Assembly: GCA_041658665.1 (NCBI GenBank)
Contig: JBAZZR010000002.1
Coordinates: 137,147-201,146, forward strand
DNA length: 64,000 nt
Source: Patescibacteria group bacterium
GTDB lineage: Bacteria; Patescibacteriota; Patescibacteriia; Patescibacteriales; UBA12465
Reading direction: 5' to 3'
The position numbers and the translations under genes are program-made. Shown piece by piece: positions 34,249 through 43,717 of this stretch. The stretch's first letter is position 1. Each line of letters starts with the position of its first letter. The notes under the pieces were generated by a model, which saw nothing but the letters and a program-made list of their open reading frames with translations, made no database searches and was not told the origin of the DNA.

Positions 34249-36996
34249 TTATTTGTTTAGCGGCAATGTCCCTAGACAATTTCCGTCTGATCCTAGTGTC
34301 TTAGTTTCTTCACCGAAACAACAAGAAGGTTTCTCATTACTAGTAAGACAACCGGGGCCGGCACTCGGTTTATAACAATTCTGATAAATATCTTTCACCC
34401 CAGAACCGACTTGAGCCTTATAAGTTACTGACTCGACAAACGGGGAATGAATAATGTTAGCCACCGTTAAATCAGGTTCTCCATCTAAAGGAGTAATGTC
34501 TTGATTACTGCTATTAATCCAATAGCCTAAAGAAGTCGGGGAGGAACTACGCAAGTTAACTAATTTATGCTCAGAAGTCGAAGAACCATTATTAATTAAA
34601 ACGCTACCGGTTCTCAGAGTACTATTAAGCATTAACGTCTTAAATTTAATTTCGAGAGGATCAGCTAATTTAACTTCTGTCCGTCCCTGAGTAGGCGTAA
34701 CCGAAATAATACTGGGAGGAGTTAGCATAATTTGATCATTAATATAAAATGACCATTGATAATTATCACGCTTACTAAGGTTAGTAGTCGAAGTAGCTAA
34801 ATAATTATCATTATAAGAACTAATCGGCCCATCGGCATAAGTATCACGATTGCCGTCCAGAGAATTCAAGGCTGTATCAACTATACCGCTTATCCCGTTA
34901 CCACCCAGACCATTTTGGTTATTTAAATCAGCTAAAGGATAATTTTTAGCGTCGGGATTTTGACAAACATTATAAGTTAAAGGCGGCGTAGAAGAACAAG
35001 ACTGATAAGGAGAAAAAATCGAACAATTTTCGGGCAGGCTGCAAGATTTTAAATCAGCGGCATTAAGCTCTACCCGCAGATGACTATTTTCTGGCAAACA
35101 ATAAATTTTTTCCCCACAACCGTTCAGACCGCACTCTTGATCGGAAATAAATTCCACAGTTTTATAACCATTACTAACTAAGAACTTACCCTCTAAAGAA
35201 TTGCCAACACACTGATCCTTCTCGCATTTATAAGATCGGCAATCTGAATTATTAGAACAATGTGCTCCATTACCGCTACTAGCCGCGGCGGCATTAATCA
35301 CTCGAATATACTTAGTAATTTTTGAAGCTAAACCAGATACGGTGACTGGGTTAACCGCCTCGCTAAAATTAATCTGGAGAGCCGAATTTCTAGACTTATC
35401 TTTTTTGTCTTTTATAATATAAGAAACTTGGCGATCCCGCCCACCCGCCATTTGGCTAATCAGTAAAGCGCCGGGATTAGTAGTAGACATTAAAAAGTCA
35501 TTACCGGATTGGCCAGCGACTTTAGCAGTTAAGTTTATTTTATTACCAGATAATTCCGCGCTGACAACTGAATCAGGGTTATGTAATTTAGCCTGAATAT
35601 TAGTCGCCTGGATATTTAAATTACAATTATTAGGAACAAGAATATTATTGTTAGCTGTCGAAGTTGCAAAAACATAAGTCGTTCCGTCGACTATTAAATT
35701 ATCGGCTGTTTGTTCTGGACTTATGTTAATTACCCAAGAACTGCCTACTGGATGTTGAGATGTCTTCAGAGTTAAATAATCAGTAAATACTACCTGACCG
35801 TTAGCCGCAAAATCCGCTGTCCCTAGAGAGGCGCCACTACCATCAAATAATTGAGCTTGATCTGGGTAGTCGGCTGGCACCGAAACTTCAAATTTAGATT
35901 TTGGACCATGATAATTTAAAGTTACTGTCGCTGTACCGGCTATGTTATTATGGACAATCGAATTAATTTTAGCGCCCGCGTAAACATGCGGACAGGCGTT
36001 TACGGTAATGGAGCCGACCGCCGGTTGAACCGAGTTTACTTCCTGAAAAAGATCTTTAATATTATCAGGAGTCGGAAAAACGCCTGCTAGAGATACCCGC
36101 GGCGGCGTCAGATCAAAATTACTATTTACCGTAAATTTCCAGTCGACAAAATCAGCCCGACAATTGCGAAACATCGAGGAATTATCCAATTTTTTAATAT
36201 TACTATTAAACTTTACAGAATAAGAAATATTTTCAGTCGGAGAGCCGAGAGGGCTAACCGGCATTATAACTAAAGTCGTACTACCACTAGCGACACTCAC
36301 TAGAACGTCAGTTAAATTAGAATTAGGGTTAGGGCAAGAATCAGAACAAGCATCACCTAAATCCGTCTTATATAATCTAATCGCTAACGGATTAATTTTA
36401 TTACAGCTAGCGGTATTGTTGCAAACACAGGACGCGCCAGAATTATCAACACAAACCGAATCAAGTTTTAATTCTTCCTTAAAAGTAATCATGATCGAGG
36501 TATTGCGAGGCACTTCCGTCTGATCATTTTCGGGATAAGTACTTTCCACCGTACAATCACCAATTGTCCCCGTCCCCGGGCTAGAAAATCCTCGCAGACT
36601 AGCCGACGGAGTAAACCCATTCTCGCCGCTGGTAGCGGCTAACAGTCGGCTAATAATAAAAGTAGCAATCGCCCAAGAAGACAAAATAATTATTAAACCA
36701 ATAACCGCGTTTCTAAGAATACCTTGGGCGGTACGAATCTTCTCTTCATCTCCGTCTGAAGTCATCCATAAAAATCCCGCATACATAATTACTAAAATCG
36801 CAATAACTCCTAGGAAACTCAGAATAATTTGAATAATCCGTCCTACTAAAAAACGCGGATCAGCCGCAGTTAAAGAGCCCCCTAAACCATTACCAACGGC
36901 ATTAGTACCGAAATCGGCCGCTAAAACAAAATTAGCCCCGACGACTGATAAGCAGAGGATAAAAATTAGCACAATTAATCGGCTTTTTTTAATCAT
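34249..36996 (-). CDS. Large (915 aa) surface protein with the same VirB2/TrbC-pilin-like N-terminal module and Big_5/SbsA-Ig-like domains
   Basis: The N-terminal ~125 aa align residue-for-residue with the 2131-aa protein (FG.NAVGNGLGGSL..GRII.I...FLGVIA...I.YAGFLW..S.GDEEKIRTA..IL.N.VIGL.IILSSWAIATFIISRL). Big_5-like CTVESTYPENDQTEVPRNTSIMITF and PPSIISVTPTQGRTEV. Confidence 0.9.
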   Translation of the reverse strand: MIKKSRLIVLIFILCLSVVGANFVLAADFGTNAVGNGLGGSLTAADPRFLVGRIIQIILSFLGVIAILVIMYAGFLWMTSDGDEEKIRTAQGILRNAVIGLIIILSSWAIATFIISRLLAATSGENGFTPSASLRGFSSPGTGTIGDCTVESTYPENDQTEVPRNTSIMITFKEELKLDSVCVDNSGASCVCNNTASCNKINPLAIRLYKTDLGDACSDSCPNPNSNLTDVLVSVASGSTTLVIMPVSPLGSPTENISYSVKFNSNIKKLDNSSMFRNCRADFVDWKFTVNSNFDLTPPRVSLAGVFPTPDNIKDLFQEVNSVQPAVGSITVNACPHVYAGAKINSIVHNNIAGTATVTLNYHGPKSKFEVSVPADYPDQAQLFDGSGASLGTADFAANGQVVFTDYLTLKTSQHPVGSSWVINISPEQTADNLIVDGTTYVFATSTANNNILVPNNCNLNIQATNIQAKLHNPDSVVSAELSGNKINLTAKVAGQSGNDFLMSTTNPGALLISQMAGGRDRQVSYIIKDKKDKSRNSALQINFSEAVNPVTVSGLASKITKYIRVINAAAASSGNGAHCSNNSDCRSYKCEKDQCVGNSLEGKFLVSNGYKTVEFISDQECGLNGCGEKIYCLPENSHLRVELNAADLKSCSLPENCSIFSPYQSCSSTPPLTYNVCQNPDAKNYPLADLNNQNGLGGNGISGIVDTALNSLDGNRDTYADGPISSYNDNYLATSTTNLSKRDNYQWSFYINDQIMLTPPSIISVTPTQGRTEVKLADPLEIKFKTLMLNSTLRTGSVLINNGSSTSEHKLVNLRSSSPTSLGYWINSSNQDITPLDGEPDLTVANIIHSPFVESVTYKAQVGSGVKDIYQNCYKPSAGPGCLTSNEKPSCCFGEETKTLGSDGNCLGTLPLNK
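36656..36702. repeat. 47-nt near-identical DNA segment, copy 2 (within the 915-aa gene pilin-like module)
   Basis: ATAAAAGTAGCAATCGCCCAAGAAGA[C]AAAATAATTA[T]TAAACCAAT encodes the shared IGLxIILSSWAIATFII helix. Confidence 0.85.
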
Positions 36997-37033
36997 GAAA
37001 ACAAAACAAAAAATTTTTAAATTATCGCCCTTA

Positions 37034-37042
37034 TGCTATAAT
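37034..37042 (+). promoter_or_regulatory. Extended -10 element (TGCTATAAT) for relA/spoT-like gene
   Basis: TGnTATAAT match 48 nt upstream of ATG 37090. It lies in the 93-nt divergent region shared with the surface-protein block. Confidence 0.35.
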
Positions 37043-37089
37043 TAGGATGAATTTATTATATCATAAAAGATAAAAAATAAAAAAGAGTT

Positions 37090-38568
37090 ATGACGATTGA
37101 TCGAATAATCAAAAAATTCCAAGATAACCATCCTGACGAAGACACAACTGTCCTAACTTTAGCTTATGAATTTGCCGAAGCGGCTCACGCTGGCCAAAAG
37201 CGTCGAAGCGGCGAACCATATATCCAACACCCTCTTCACACCGCTCATACTCTGGCCGAAATTAAAGCCGATGCCGCGACTATCGCTGCCGGCTTACTGC
37301 ATGACGTCCCTGAAGATACCGAGCATAGTCTAGAAGAAATAAAAATTTTATTCGGCCCAGAAATAGCGATGCTCGTCGAAGGGATCACTAAACTAGGTAA
37401 AATAAAATATCGTGGCATCGAACGTTATCGAGAAAACCTAAAAAAAATGTTTTTAGCCATGGCGGGCGATTTGCGCATCGTTTTTATTAAATTTTGCGAT
37501 CGGCTTAATAACTTAAGAACGATAGAAAATTTATCGCCGGAAAAACAGCAAAGAATTGCCCAAGAAACTCTAGAAATCTATGTGCCAATTGCTAATCTTC
37601 TAGGCATCGGCCGCTTAAAATGGCAAATGGAAGATATTTGTTTTAAAGTTCTCTTCCCTGACGAATTTCATGAATTAGAATATAAATATGAAGTAGAAAA
37701 AAAAGTCGAACGACATCGTTTCTTCCAAAAAATAAAAAAAATACTAAACCCAAAGCTTGAAGAGGCTGGTATCAAATACGAAATCGAAGTTCGCTTTAAG
37801 CATCTCTATAGCATCCACCGCAAAATGCAAGAAAAAGAAAGAAAATTTGACGAAATTTATGATGTCTTCGCTCTACGTTTAATTGTCCCGACCATTGATG
37901 ACTGCTATAAAAGTCTCGGCGTTATCCATACTTTGTGGAAGCCGAAACCTAACCGATTTAAAGACTACATCGCCGTACCAAAACCGAATGGTTACCGCTC
38001 TTTACACACGACTATTTTTGGTCCCGAAGGCAAGGCCACTGAGTTTCAAATCCGCACTAAGGAGATGCATGAAGAAAGTATTTACGGCTTAGCAGCCCAC
38101 TGGTACTATAAAACTCAACACGCCGCCACCAACTATAAGCCGCCCACCTGGATCCAAGAGATCATTGATATTCAAAAAGAGATCACCAACACCACAGAGT
38201 TTATTCAAAAAATAAAACTTGATATTTTTCGGGATCGCATCTTCGTCTTCTCGCCTAAGGGAGATGTCATTGAACTACCGGAAAAATCGACCCCGGTAGA
38301 TTTCGCCTATGCCGTCCATACTAATATCGGCAATAAAGCCGCCGGAGTAATTATTAATGATAAGCTGGGGCGCTTAGACCAAGAATTAAAAAATGGCGAT
38401 TTAGTAGAAATTATTACTGAAAAAAAACGTCCTTACCCTAATCGTGATTGGTTAAAATTTGTCAGGACTAAACGGGCGCGCGACCGTATTAAACAATTCG
38501 GCAAAAAATCAACGCTGGAAAGTATTAAAAAATTCCTACCCAATATCCGAAACAAAAATCGTCCCTAA
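37090..38568 (+). CDS. relA: Bifunctional RelA/SpoT homologue ((p)ppGpp hydrolase and synthetase plus TGS domain; no ACT domain)
   Basis: HD motifs HPLHTAHTLAE/LLHDVPEDT; synthetase RFKDYIAVPKPNGYRSLHTTI, EFQIRTKEMH; TGS IFVFSPKGDVIELPEKSTPVDFAYAVH. At 492 aa it is short. Confidence 0.92.
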   Translation: MTIDRIIKKFQDNHPDEDTTVLTLAYEFAEAAHAGQKRRSGEPYIQHPLHTAHTLAEIKADAATIAAGLLHDVPEDTEHSLEEIKILFGPEIAMLVEGITKLGKIKYRGIERYRENLKKMFLAMAGDLRIVFIKFCDRLNNLRTIENLSPEKQQRIAQETLEIYVPIANLLGIGRLKWQMEDICFKVLFPDEFHELEYKYEVEKKVERHRFFQKIKKILNPKLEEAGIKYEIEVRFKHLYSIHRKMQEKERKFDEIYDVFALRLIVPTIDDCYKSLGVIHTLWKPKPNRFKDYIAVPKPNGYRSLHTTIFGPEGKATEFQIRTKEMHEESIYGLAAHWYYKTQHAATNYKPPTWIQEIIDIQKEITNTTEFIQKIKLDIFRDRIFVFSPKGDVIELPEKSTPVDFAYAVHTNIGNKAAGVIINDKLGRLDQELKNGDLVEIITEKKRPYPNRDWLKFVRTKRARDRIKQFGKKSTLESIKKFLPNIRNKNRP

Positions 38569-38585
38569 AACAGGGGCGATTTTTG
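38558..38585. terminator. Bidirectional terminator between convergent relA-like and rpsU
   Basis: Stem ATCGTCCC/GGGGCGAT (8 bp, one G-U) with a 7-nt loop spanning the relA stop. TTTT follows on the plus strand and TTTTT on the minus strand. Confidence 0.65.
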
Positions 38586-38622
38586 TGAGTACTATTTTGA
38601 GTAAGTTTTTGATACTAAAAAA

Positions 38623-38859
38623 TTATGACATCCTCGCGCCACTTTCCGGCAATTTGCCGATTTTGCGTAAATATTCATTCTTTTTGCGTAACTGTAAACC
38701 AATCAGGGCGTGTTTTTTCTGAAGCTGCTTGGTTGTTTTAGGCTCGAGGTGTTTTTTAGATCGAGCTTTCTCCAGACGCTTACTGTTTTTCAAGCCTTTT
38801 TTAAATTTACGCAAAAAACTTTCAAAACTTTCTCCGGGTTTTTTCTTAAAATCTGCCAT
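38623..38859 (-). CDS. rpsU: Ribosomal protein bS21
   Basis: Start taken at MADFKKKPGE (cat at 38857-38859). GESFESFLRKFKKGLKNSKRLEKARSKKHLEPKTTKQLQKK parallels the S21 pattern E.F...LRRFKR......L.E.R.R..YEKPT..RK. Confidence 0.7.
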   Translation of the reverse strand: MADFKKKPGESFESFLRKFKKGLKNSKRLEKARSKKHLEPKTTKQLQKKHALIGLQLRKKNEYLRKIGKLPESGARMS

Positions 38860-40228
38860 AAAGTCCACCTTCCTTTCTATTATTAATTTTTTTCTCAATC
38901 ACTTTATCTTTTTTGGTCAATCTCTCCTGTATTTTCTTATAAACAACAGTTTCCTGCGCACCGGAATCCATATCACGCATTAAAATTGTGCCATCCATAA
39001 TTTCTTTTTTACCCAAGATCAAACTAGTTTTAGCCTGAATATTAACCGCCTCTTCTAACTGGGCCTTTAAGCTATCCGAACCAAATAATTGTCGGACCTT
39101 AAAACCAGCCTGCCGCAAACTTTCAAATAATTGCAACGATTTTATTTTGGCCTGATCGCCTAACTGAGCAATGAATATTAAATCATTTTCCTGATTATTA
39201 AGCAACTGGCTTTTATCTTTAATCCGAGCAATCGTTCTTTCTAAACCAATCGCGAGTCCCACTCCATAAGGGAACGGGCAGCCAAATTTTTCTACTAAGG
39301 AATCATAACGACCACCGCCGCCTAAAGCCATTTTCCCTAAAGCATTGCCATCATCATTAGTCGGCCAAAACTCAAAAACAGTGTCATTATAATAATTCAA
39401 GCCGCGAACCAAATAAGGATTAAAATTATACTCAATTTTTAACTCATCTAAAAACTCCAAAGTCCTGGAGAAATGTTCGCGACTTTCGGCCGACAAATAA
39501 TCAGCAATCTGCGGCGCTCCTTCCGCTAATTTTAAACACGCCTCTTCTTTACAGTCTAATAAGCTTAAACAATTTTTATTTAAGTTGCTTTTACAATAAT
39601 GGCATAATTTAGAACGTCGCCCTCTTTCCCGGTAAAAAGCCAATAATTTATTACAATATTCTCGACGACAGTCAGCTGTCCCGAGGCTATTAATTTGTAG
39701 TTGGGTCTTAATCTGTAATTCGCTAAAAAAATTAGCGGCCACCGCGATTAATAAGGCCTCCGATAGAGGCTTATTATCACCAATAATCTCTAAATTAACT
39801 TGAGTAGATTCTCGGTAACGACCGCTTTGTAATTTTTCGTGGCGAAAAATAGGCCCTAAAGACAACAGTTTAGCCGTCGCCATCGTTTCCGCAAGATTAT
39901 TTTCTAAATAAGCACGAATAATCCCCTGTGTCATTTCTGGCCGCAAAACCATTTTTTCATTTTTTTCGCCTTCGACAGAATATAATTCTTTACCAGTATT
40001 TTTCCGGGTTGATTTTTTATATAAATCTAGACTTTCCAAAACTGGAGTTTTAATCGGCATAAAACCATAAATCTTAGCTAACTCTTGTGCCTTATTAATT
40101 AGAGCCTCGAAATAACGACACTCTAAACCGACTAAATCTTTCATCCCTAAAAGACGACTAGATATTTTCTCACCCTTTCTCTCAGGAGCTTTAGGTAATT
40201 CGCTTAATTCTTTTTTTCTTCTAGGCAT
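38846..40228 (-). CDS. hisS: Histidyl-tRNA synthetase
   Basis: Class II motifs: KTPVLESLDLYKKS, LRPEMTQG, GPIFRHEKLQSGRYRE, GGGGRYDSL, plus a C-terminal anticodon-binding domain. Confidence 0.93.
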   Translation of the reverse strand: MPRRKKELSELPKAPERKGEKISSRLLGMKDLVGLECRYFEALINKAQELAKIYGFMPIKTPVLESLDLYKKSTRKNTGKELYSVEGEKNEKMVLRPEMTQGIIRAYLENNLAETMATAKLLSLGPIFRHEKLQSGRYRESTQVNLEIIGDNKPLSEALLIAVAANFFSELQIKTQLQINSLGTADCRREYCNKLLAFYRERGRRSKLCHYCKSNLNKNCLSLLDCKEEACLKLAEGAPQIADYLSAESREHFSRTLEFLDELKIEYNFNPYLVRGLNYYNDTVFEFWPTNDDGNALGKMALGGGGRYDSLVEKFGCPFPYGVGLAIGLERTIARIKDKSQLLNNQENDLIFIAQLGDQAKIKSLQLFESLRQAGFKVRQLFGSDSLKAQLEEAVNIQAKTSLILGKKEIMDGTILMRDMDSGAQETVVYKKIQERLTKKDKVIEKKINNRKEGGLYGRF

Positions 40229-40241
40229 ATATATTATTTAA

Positions 40242-40820
40242 TTAATATTGCGGCCAATTCTTAGCATCAAACCAAGTAATTCTATTTAAGGGCCAACCAC
40301 GAAACAGCACTTTTCCCGTTAAAAAACTATAATCAACCGCCCCGAAACTACGAGAGTCTTTGGAAGCATTACGATTATCGCCTAAAACAAAATACTCATT
40401 CGGCCCGACAACTATCTTAGACTCGCCCGAACTAAAAGTCTCTAAATCGGTCGGCAAATATTTCTCTTTAAGTGTTAAGCCGGCGGGATAGGAACTATTA
40501 AAAATAATAATTTCTCCATTTTTAATTTGAACCTCTTCGCCGGGTAGAGCAATTATCCGTTTAATAAAGTATTCCTGGGGATTACGAGGATAGCGGAAGA
40601 CCACAACTTGACCCCGCTCAGGCTTTTGGAAACGATAGCTTAACTCGTCGATGATTAAATATTCATGATCATAAAAATTAGGTTCCATGGAAGCTCCTTT
40701 AACGTAAAAAGGCTGAATCAAAAAATACCGAACCGGTAAGATAATGGCTAAGGATAAAACAACTACTTTAGAAATATCGAGAACAAATAAAAAAAATTTC
40801 TTCATATTTATATGATTCAT
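40242..40820 (-). CDS. lepB: Signal peptidase I
   Basis: GASMEPNF (catalytic Ser), KRIIALPGE (Lys), GDNRNASKDSR. Confidence 0.9.
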   Translation of the reverse strand: MNHINMKKFFLFVLDISKVVVLSLAIILPVRYFLIQPFYVKGASMEPNFYDHEYLIIDELSYRFQKPERGQVVVFRYPRNPQEYFIKRIIALPGEEVQIKNGEIIIFNSSYPAGLTLKEKYLPTDLETFSSGESKIVVGPNEYFVLGDNRNASKDSRSFGAVDYSFLTGKVLFRGWPLNRITWFDAKNWPQY

Positions 40821-40875
40821 GGCTTACTATATCAAAAAATGCATAAAAAATCAATCTAATGATTTTTACTAATAT

Positions 40876-42006
40876 TTAACAAATAAACATCACATCCCCA
40901 TAACTAAAGAAGCGATACTTTTGCCTAATAGCTTCCTGATAGGCTTTGTCAATCACCGGCTTGCCAGCGAGAGCGCTCACGAGCATAATCAAAGTCGATT
41001 TAGGTAAATGAAAATTAGTTATTAAAGCATCAATAATTTTAAATTTATAGCCGGGATAAATAAAAATATCCGTCCAAAAAGATTGGCTGCTTAAACTATC
41101 TTTTTTTACTTTTTCATTATTCGAACCTACCAAGTCACCACCTAACCGTTTACCCCAATCTAAAGACTCTAAAGTTCGACAGCTCGTCGTCCCAACGGCA
41201 ATAACTCGACCGCCAGCTCTTTTGATCTTTAAAATTTCTCGCTTAGTCTTAGCACTAACAATCGCGAGTTCACTATGCATTTTATGATCAATAATTTTAT
41301 CGGCCTTAACCGGGGCAAAAGTCCCCAGACCGACATGTAAAGTCACATACTCTATTTTTACGCCTTGAGCCTTAATTTTCTTCAATAGATCTTTAGTAAA
41401 ATGAAGCCCCGCGGTTGGCGCCGCCGCCGAACCGATCCGATGATTATCAGCAAAAACCGTTTGATAATTAGGCCTATCGCTGGCTAATCGTCTAGCCCGT
41501 TTAATATACGGCGGCAGTGGTATTTCGCCGATTTTATTAATAACTCTAAAAAATTTTTGACCGGTGATATTAAATCTAACTTGCCAAGTTCCATCGCCAT
41601 TATCTTTTATAATCTCGGCTTGCAATTCTGTGGAAATACTTTTAAAACTGGGTCCCACTCGCTTTTTCAATAAAATAAACGTTCCCGATTTAACTCGACC
41701 GCCGATTAAACACTCCCAAAGATTATTTCTTCCTCTGGTTGATAATTGCCGATGTAAAAAAATCTCCACCGCGCCGCCAGTCTCTTTTTTATAACCCAAT
41801 AAACGAGCCGGAAAAACCTTGGAGTTATTTAAAACTAATAAATCTCCCGGGCGCAAATAATTCCCGATATTAAAAAAATGCTGATGACTAATAGCCCCGG
41901 TTTTTCTATTCAAAACTAAAAGCCGCGAATGATCGCGCGGTCGAGCGGGGTTTTGCGCAATTAGCTCACTCGGTAAATAATAATCAAAATCTGATACCTT
42001 ATACAT
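40876..42006 (-). CDS. queA: S-adenosylmethionine:tRNA ribosyltransferase-isomerase
   Basis: FDYYLPSELIAQNPARPRDHSRLLVL N-terminus, GSAAAPTAGLHFT, TNFHLPKSTL. Confidence 0.95.
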   Translation of the reverse strand: MYKVSDFDYYLPSELIAQNPARPRDHSRLLVLNRKTGAISHQHFFNIGNYLRPGDLLVLNNSKVFPARLLGYKKETGGAVEIFLHRQLSTRGRNNLWECLIGGRVKSGTFILLKKRVGPSFKSISTELQAEIIKDNGDGTWQVRFNITGQKFFRVINKIGEIPLPPYIKRARRLASDRPNYQTVFADNHRIGSAAAPTAGLHFTKDLLKKIKAQGVKIEYVTLHVGLGTFAPVKADKIIDHKMHSELAIVSAKTKREILKIKRAGGRVIAVGTTSCRTLESLDWGKRLGGDLVGSNNEKVKKDSLSSQSFWTDIFIYPGYKFKIIDALITNFHLPKSTLIMLVSALAGKPVIDKAYQEAIRQKYRFFSYGDVMFIC

Positions 42007-42013
42007 ATAAGTA

Positions 42014-42604
42014 TCAAATTTTCTGACTAATTAATATCTTCCGCCTGATAAATAACATCATAATAAAAAAACTATTCGAAACAACTAAACTTCCCGGATA
42101 GAGCCAGGTCACTAAATTATAAGTCTCTAGAGCAAATAAACTGATAACCGTTCCGGTCATAGCCAGAATAAAATAAACCATTGTTTCCTCGTAGGGTTCG
42201 CGATAGGCTTTTCGAAATGTCCAAGAATAAGCTAAGGCGTCTACTAAGGTTGCCAAAATAACTGCCCATAAAGGATCATCAGTTAACCCCCAAAGCCCTA
42301 AACCCAGTAAGGCCCCGATAAGCGTTAACCAATCAAACAAAAACATTTTTCTCTCCCAGCGGTTAAAAGATAAAGCCACTATCACAAAACAAATCAGTGC
42401 GGTCAGTCCATTAGACCAAGCGCCCGGGCCAGCCCCTTTAACAATCTGCGCTAAGAAAGTGATCGCCCCTAGTAGTCCCCAAAGAAACCAAGAAAAAATA
42501 TGAGGCTTAGTTTTCCCCTTAAAAATATCCCGCAAATAGGGGATATAAGCTAAAGAAGCAACTAACGAAGAAACGATCCCTAAATATATTTTGTATTCTG
42601 GCAT
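42014..42604 (-). CDS. Polytopic membrane protein, function unknown
   Basis: 196 aa with about 6 predicted TM helices. No family was recognised. Confidence 0.55.
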   Translation of the reverse strand: MPEYKIYLGIVSSLVASLAYIPYLRDIFKGKTKPHIFSWFLWGLLGAITFLAQIVKGAGPGAWSNGLTALICFVIVALSFNRWERKMFLFDWLTLIGALLGLGLWGLTDDPLWAVILATLVDALAYSWTFRKAYREPYEETMVYFILAMTGTVISLFALETYNLVTWLYPGSLVVSNSFFIMMLFIRRKILISQKI

Positions 42605-42631
42605 GATAGTAGTTTGATCTGATAATCGGAT

Positions 42632-43690
42632 CTAAATCAATTTATCTGCCCCCGGTTCTTTTAAGCCAAGATGATGATAACCAAGCGCTGTCGCTACTCG
42701 CCCGCGTGGTGAACGATCTAAAAAGCCGAGTTGCATTAAATAGGGTTCATAAATATTTTCAATCGTCTCCATTTCTTCACCAGTCGCCGCCGCTAGAGTA
42801 TTGAGTCCGACCGGGCCGCCTTTAAATTTATTAATAATAACTTCTAAAATCCGCCGATCAACTAAATCTAAGCCCAACTCATCGACTTCGAGCATCTTAA
42901 AAGCTTCTAGACTGTCCTTTAAAGAAACCCGACCATCCCCCTTCACTTCACAATAATCACGAACCCGTTTTAATAAACGATTAGCGATTCGCGGCGTATG
43001 GCGACTACGTTTAGCAATTTCAATTTCCGCCTCCTCATCTATATTTATCCCCAAAATATTAGAACTACGCTGAATAATTTTTTTAAGATCTCCGACTTCA
43101 TAAAAATTTAAATGATGGGTAATTCCAAAACGATCTCGTAAAGGGGCGGACAAAAGGCTAGCGAGCGTAGTCGCACCAATAATAGTAAACTTTGGTAAGT
43201 CTAAACGTAACGTTCGCGCGCTTGGCCCTTTCCCCATAATAATATCTAGCGCATAGTCCTCCATCGCCGGATATAATATTTCTTCAACTATTTTCGGTAA
43301 GCGATGGATCTCGTCAATAAATAAAATATCACCTTTTTCTAAATTTGTTAAAATCGCCGCCAAATCACCACTTTTTTCAATCGCCGGACCGGAAGTTACC
43401 CGAATATTTGCTCCAATTTCATTAGCAATAACATGGGCTAAGGTAGTTTTGCCAAGTCCGGGAGCGCCATATAATAAAACATGTTCAATCGATTCATGAC
43501 GCTTCTGAGCCGCGGCGATGGTAATCGCTAAATTCTGTTTAATTTTTTCCTGTCCGACATATTCTTCTAAATTTTTCGGGCGCAACGATAAATCCAGGGC
43601 GTCGTCGCCCTGACGCTCAATCGGACTGATTAAACGATCGGGGACATTTATATTTGAATTCTTCATATAGTTATAGATTAAATTAACCAA
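42632..43690 (-). CDS. ruvB: Holliday junction branch migration helicase RuvB
   Basis: [16 protein letters not shown], Walker [20 protein letters not shown], winged-helix C-terminus. Confidence 0.97.
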   Translation of the reverse strand: MVNLIYNYMKNSNINVPDRLISPIERQGDDALDLSLRPKNLEEYVGQEKIKQNLAITIAAAQKRHESIEHVLLYGAPGLGKTTLAHVIANEIGANIRVTSGPAIEKSGDLAAILTNLEKGDILFIDEIHRLPKIVEEILYPAMEDYALDIIMGKGPSARTLRLDLPKFTIIGATTLASLLSAPLRDRFGITHHLNFYEVGDLKKIIQRSSNILGINIDEEAEIEIAKRSRHTPRIANRLLKRVRDYCEVKGDGRVSLKDSLEAFKMLEVDELGLDLVDRRILEVIINKFKGGPVGLNTLAAATGEEMETIENIYEPYLMQLGFLDRSPRGRVATALGYHHLGLKEPGADKLI

Positions 43691-43717
43691 AGATCTTCTG
43701 AGCTAAAAACCAAACCT

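Noticed and set aside
22070-36996. A diversity-generating retroelement or other hypervariation system acting on the giant surface genes
   Set aside because: The window has no reverse transcriptase ORF and no template/variable repeat pair of ~100 bp. The only DNA repeat found (47 nt) lies in the conserved membrane module, not in a variable ligand-binding tip.
38459-38983. Plus-strand ORFs 38459..38722 and 38729..38983
   Set aside because: They overlap the relA 3' end and are antisense to rpsU and hisS. The rpsU and hisS translations have clear family motifs.
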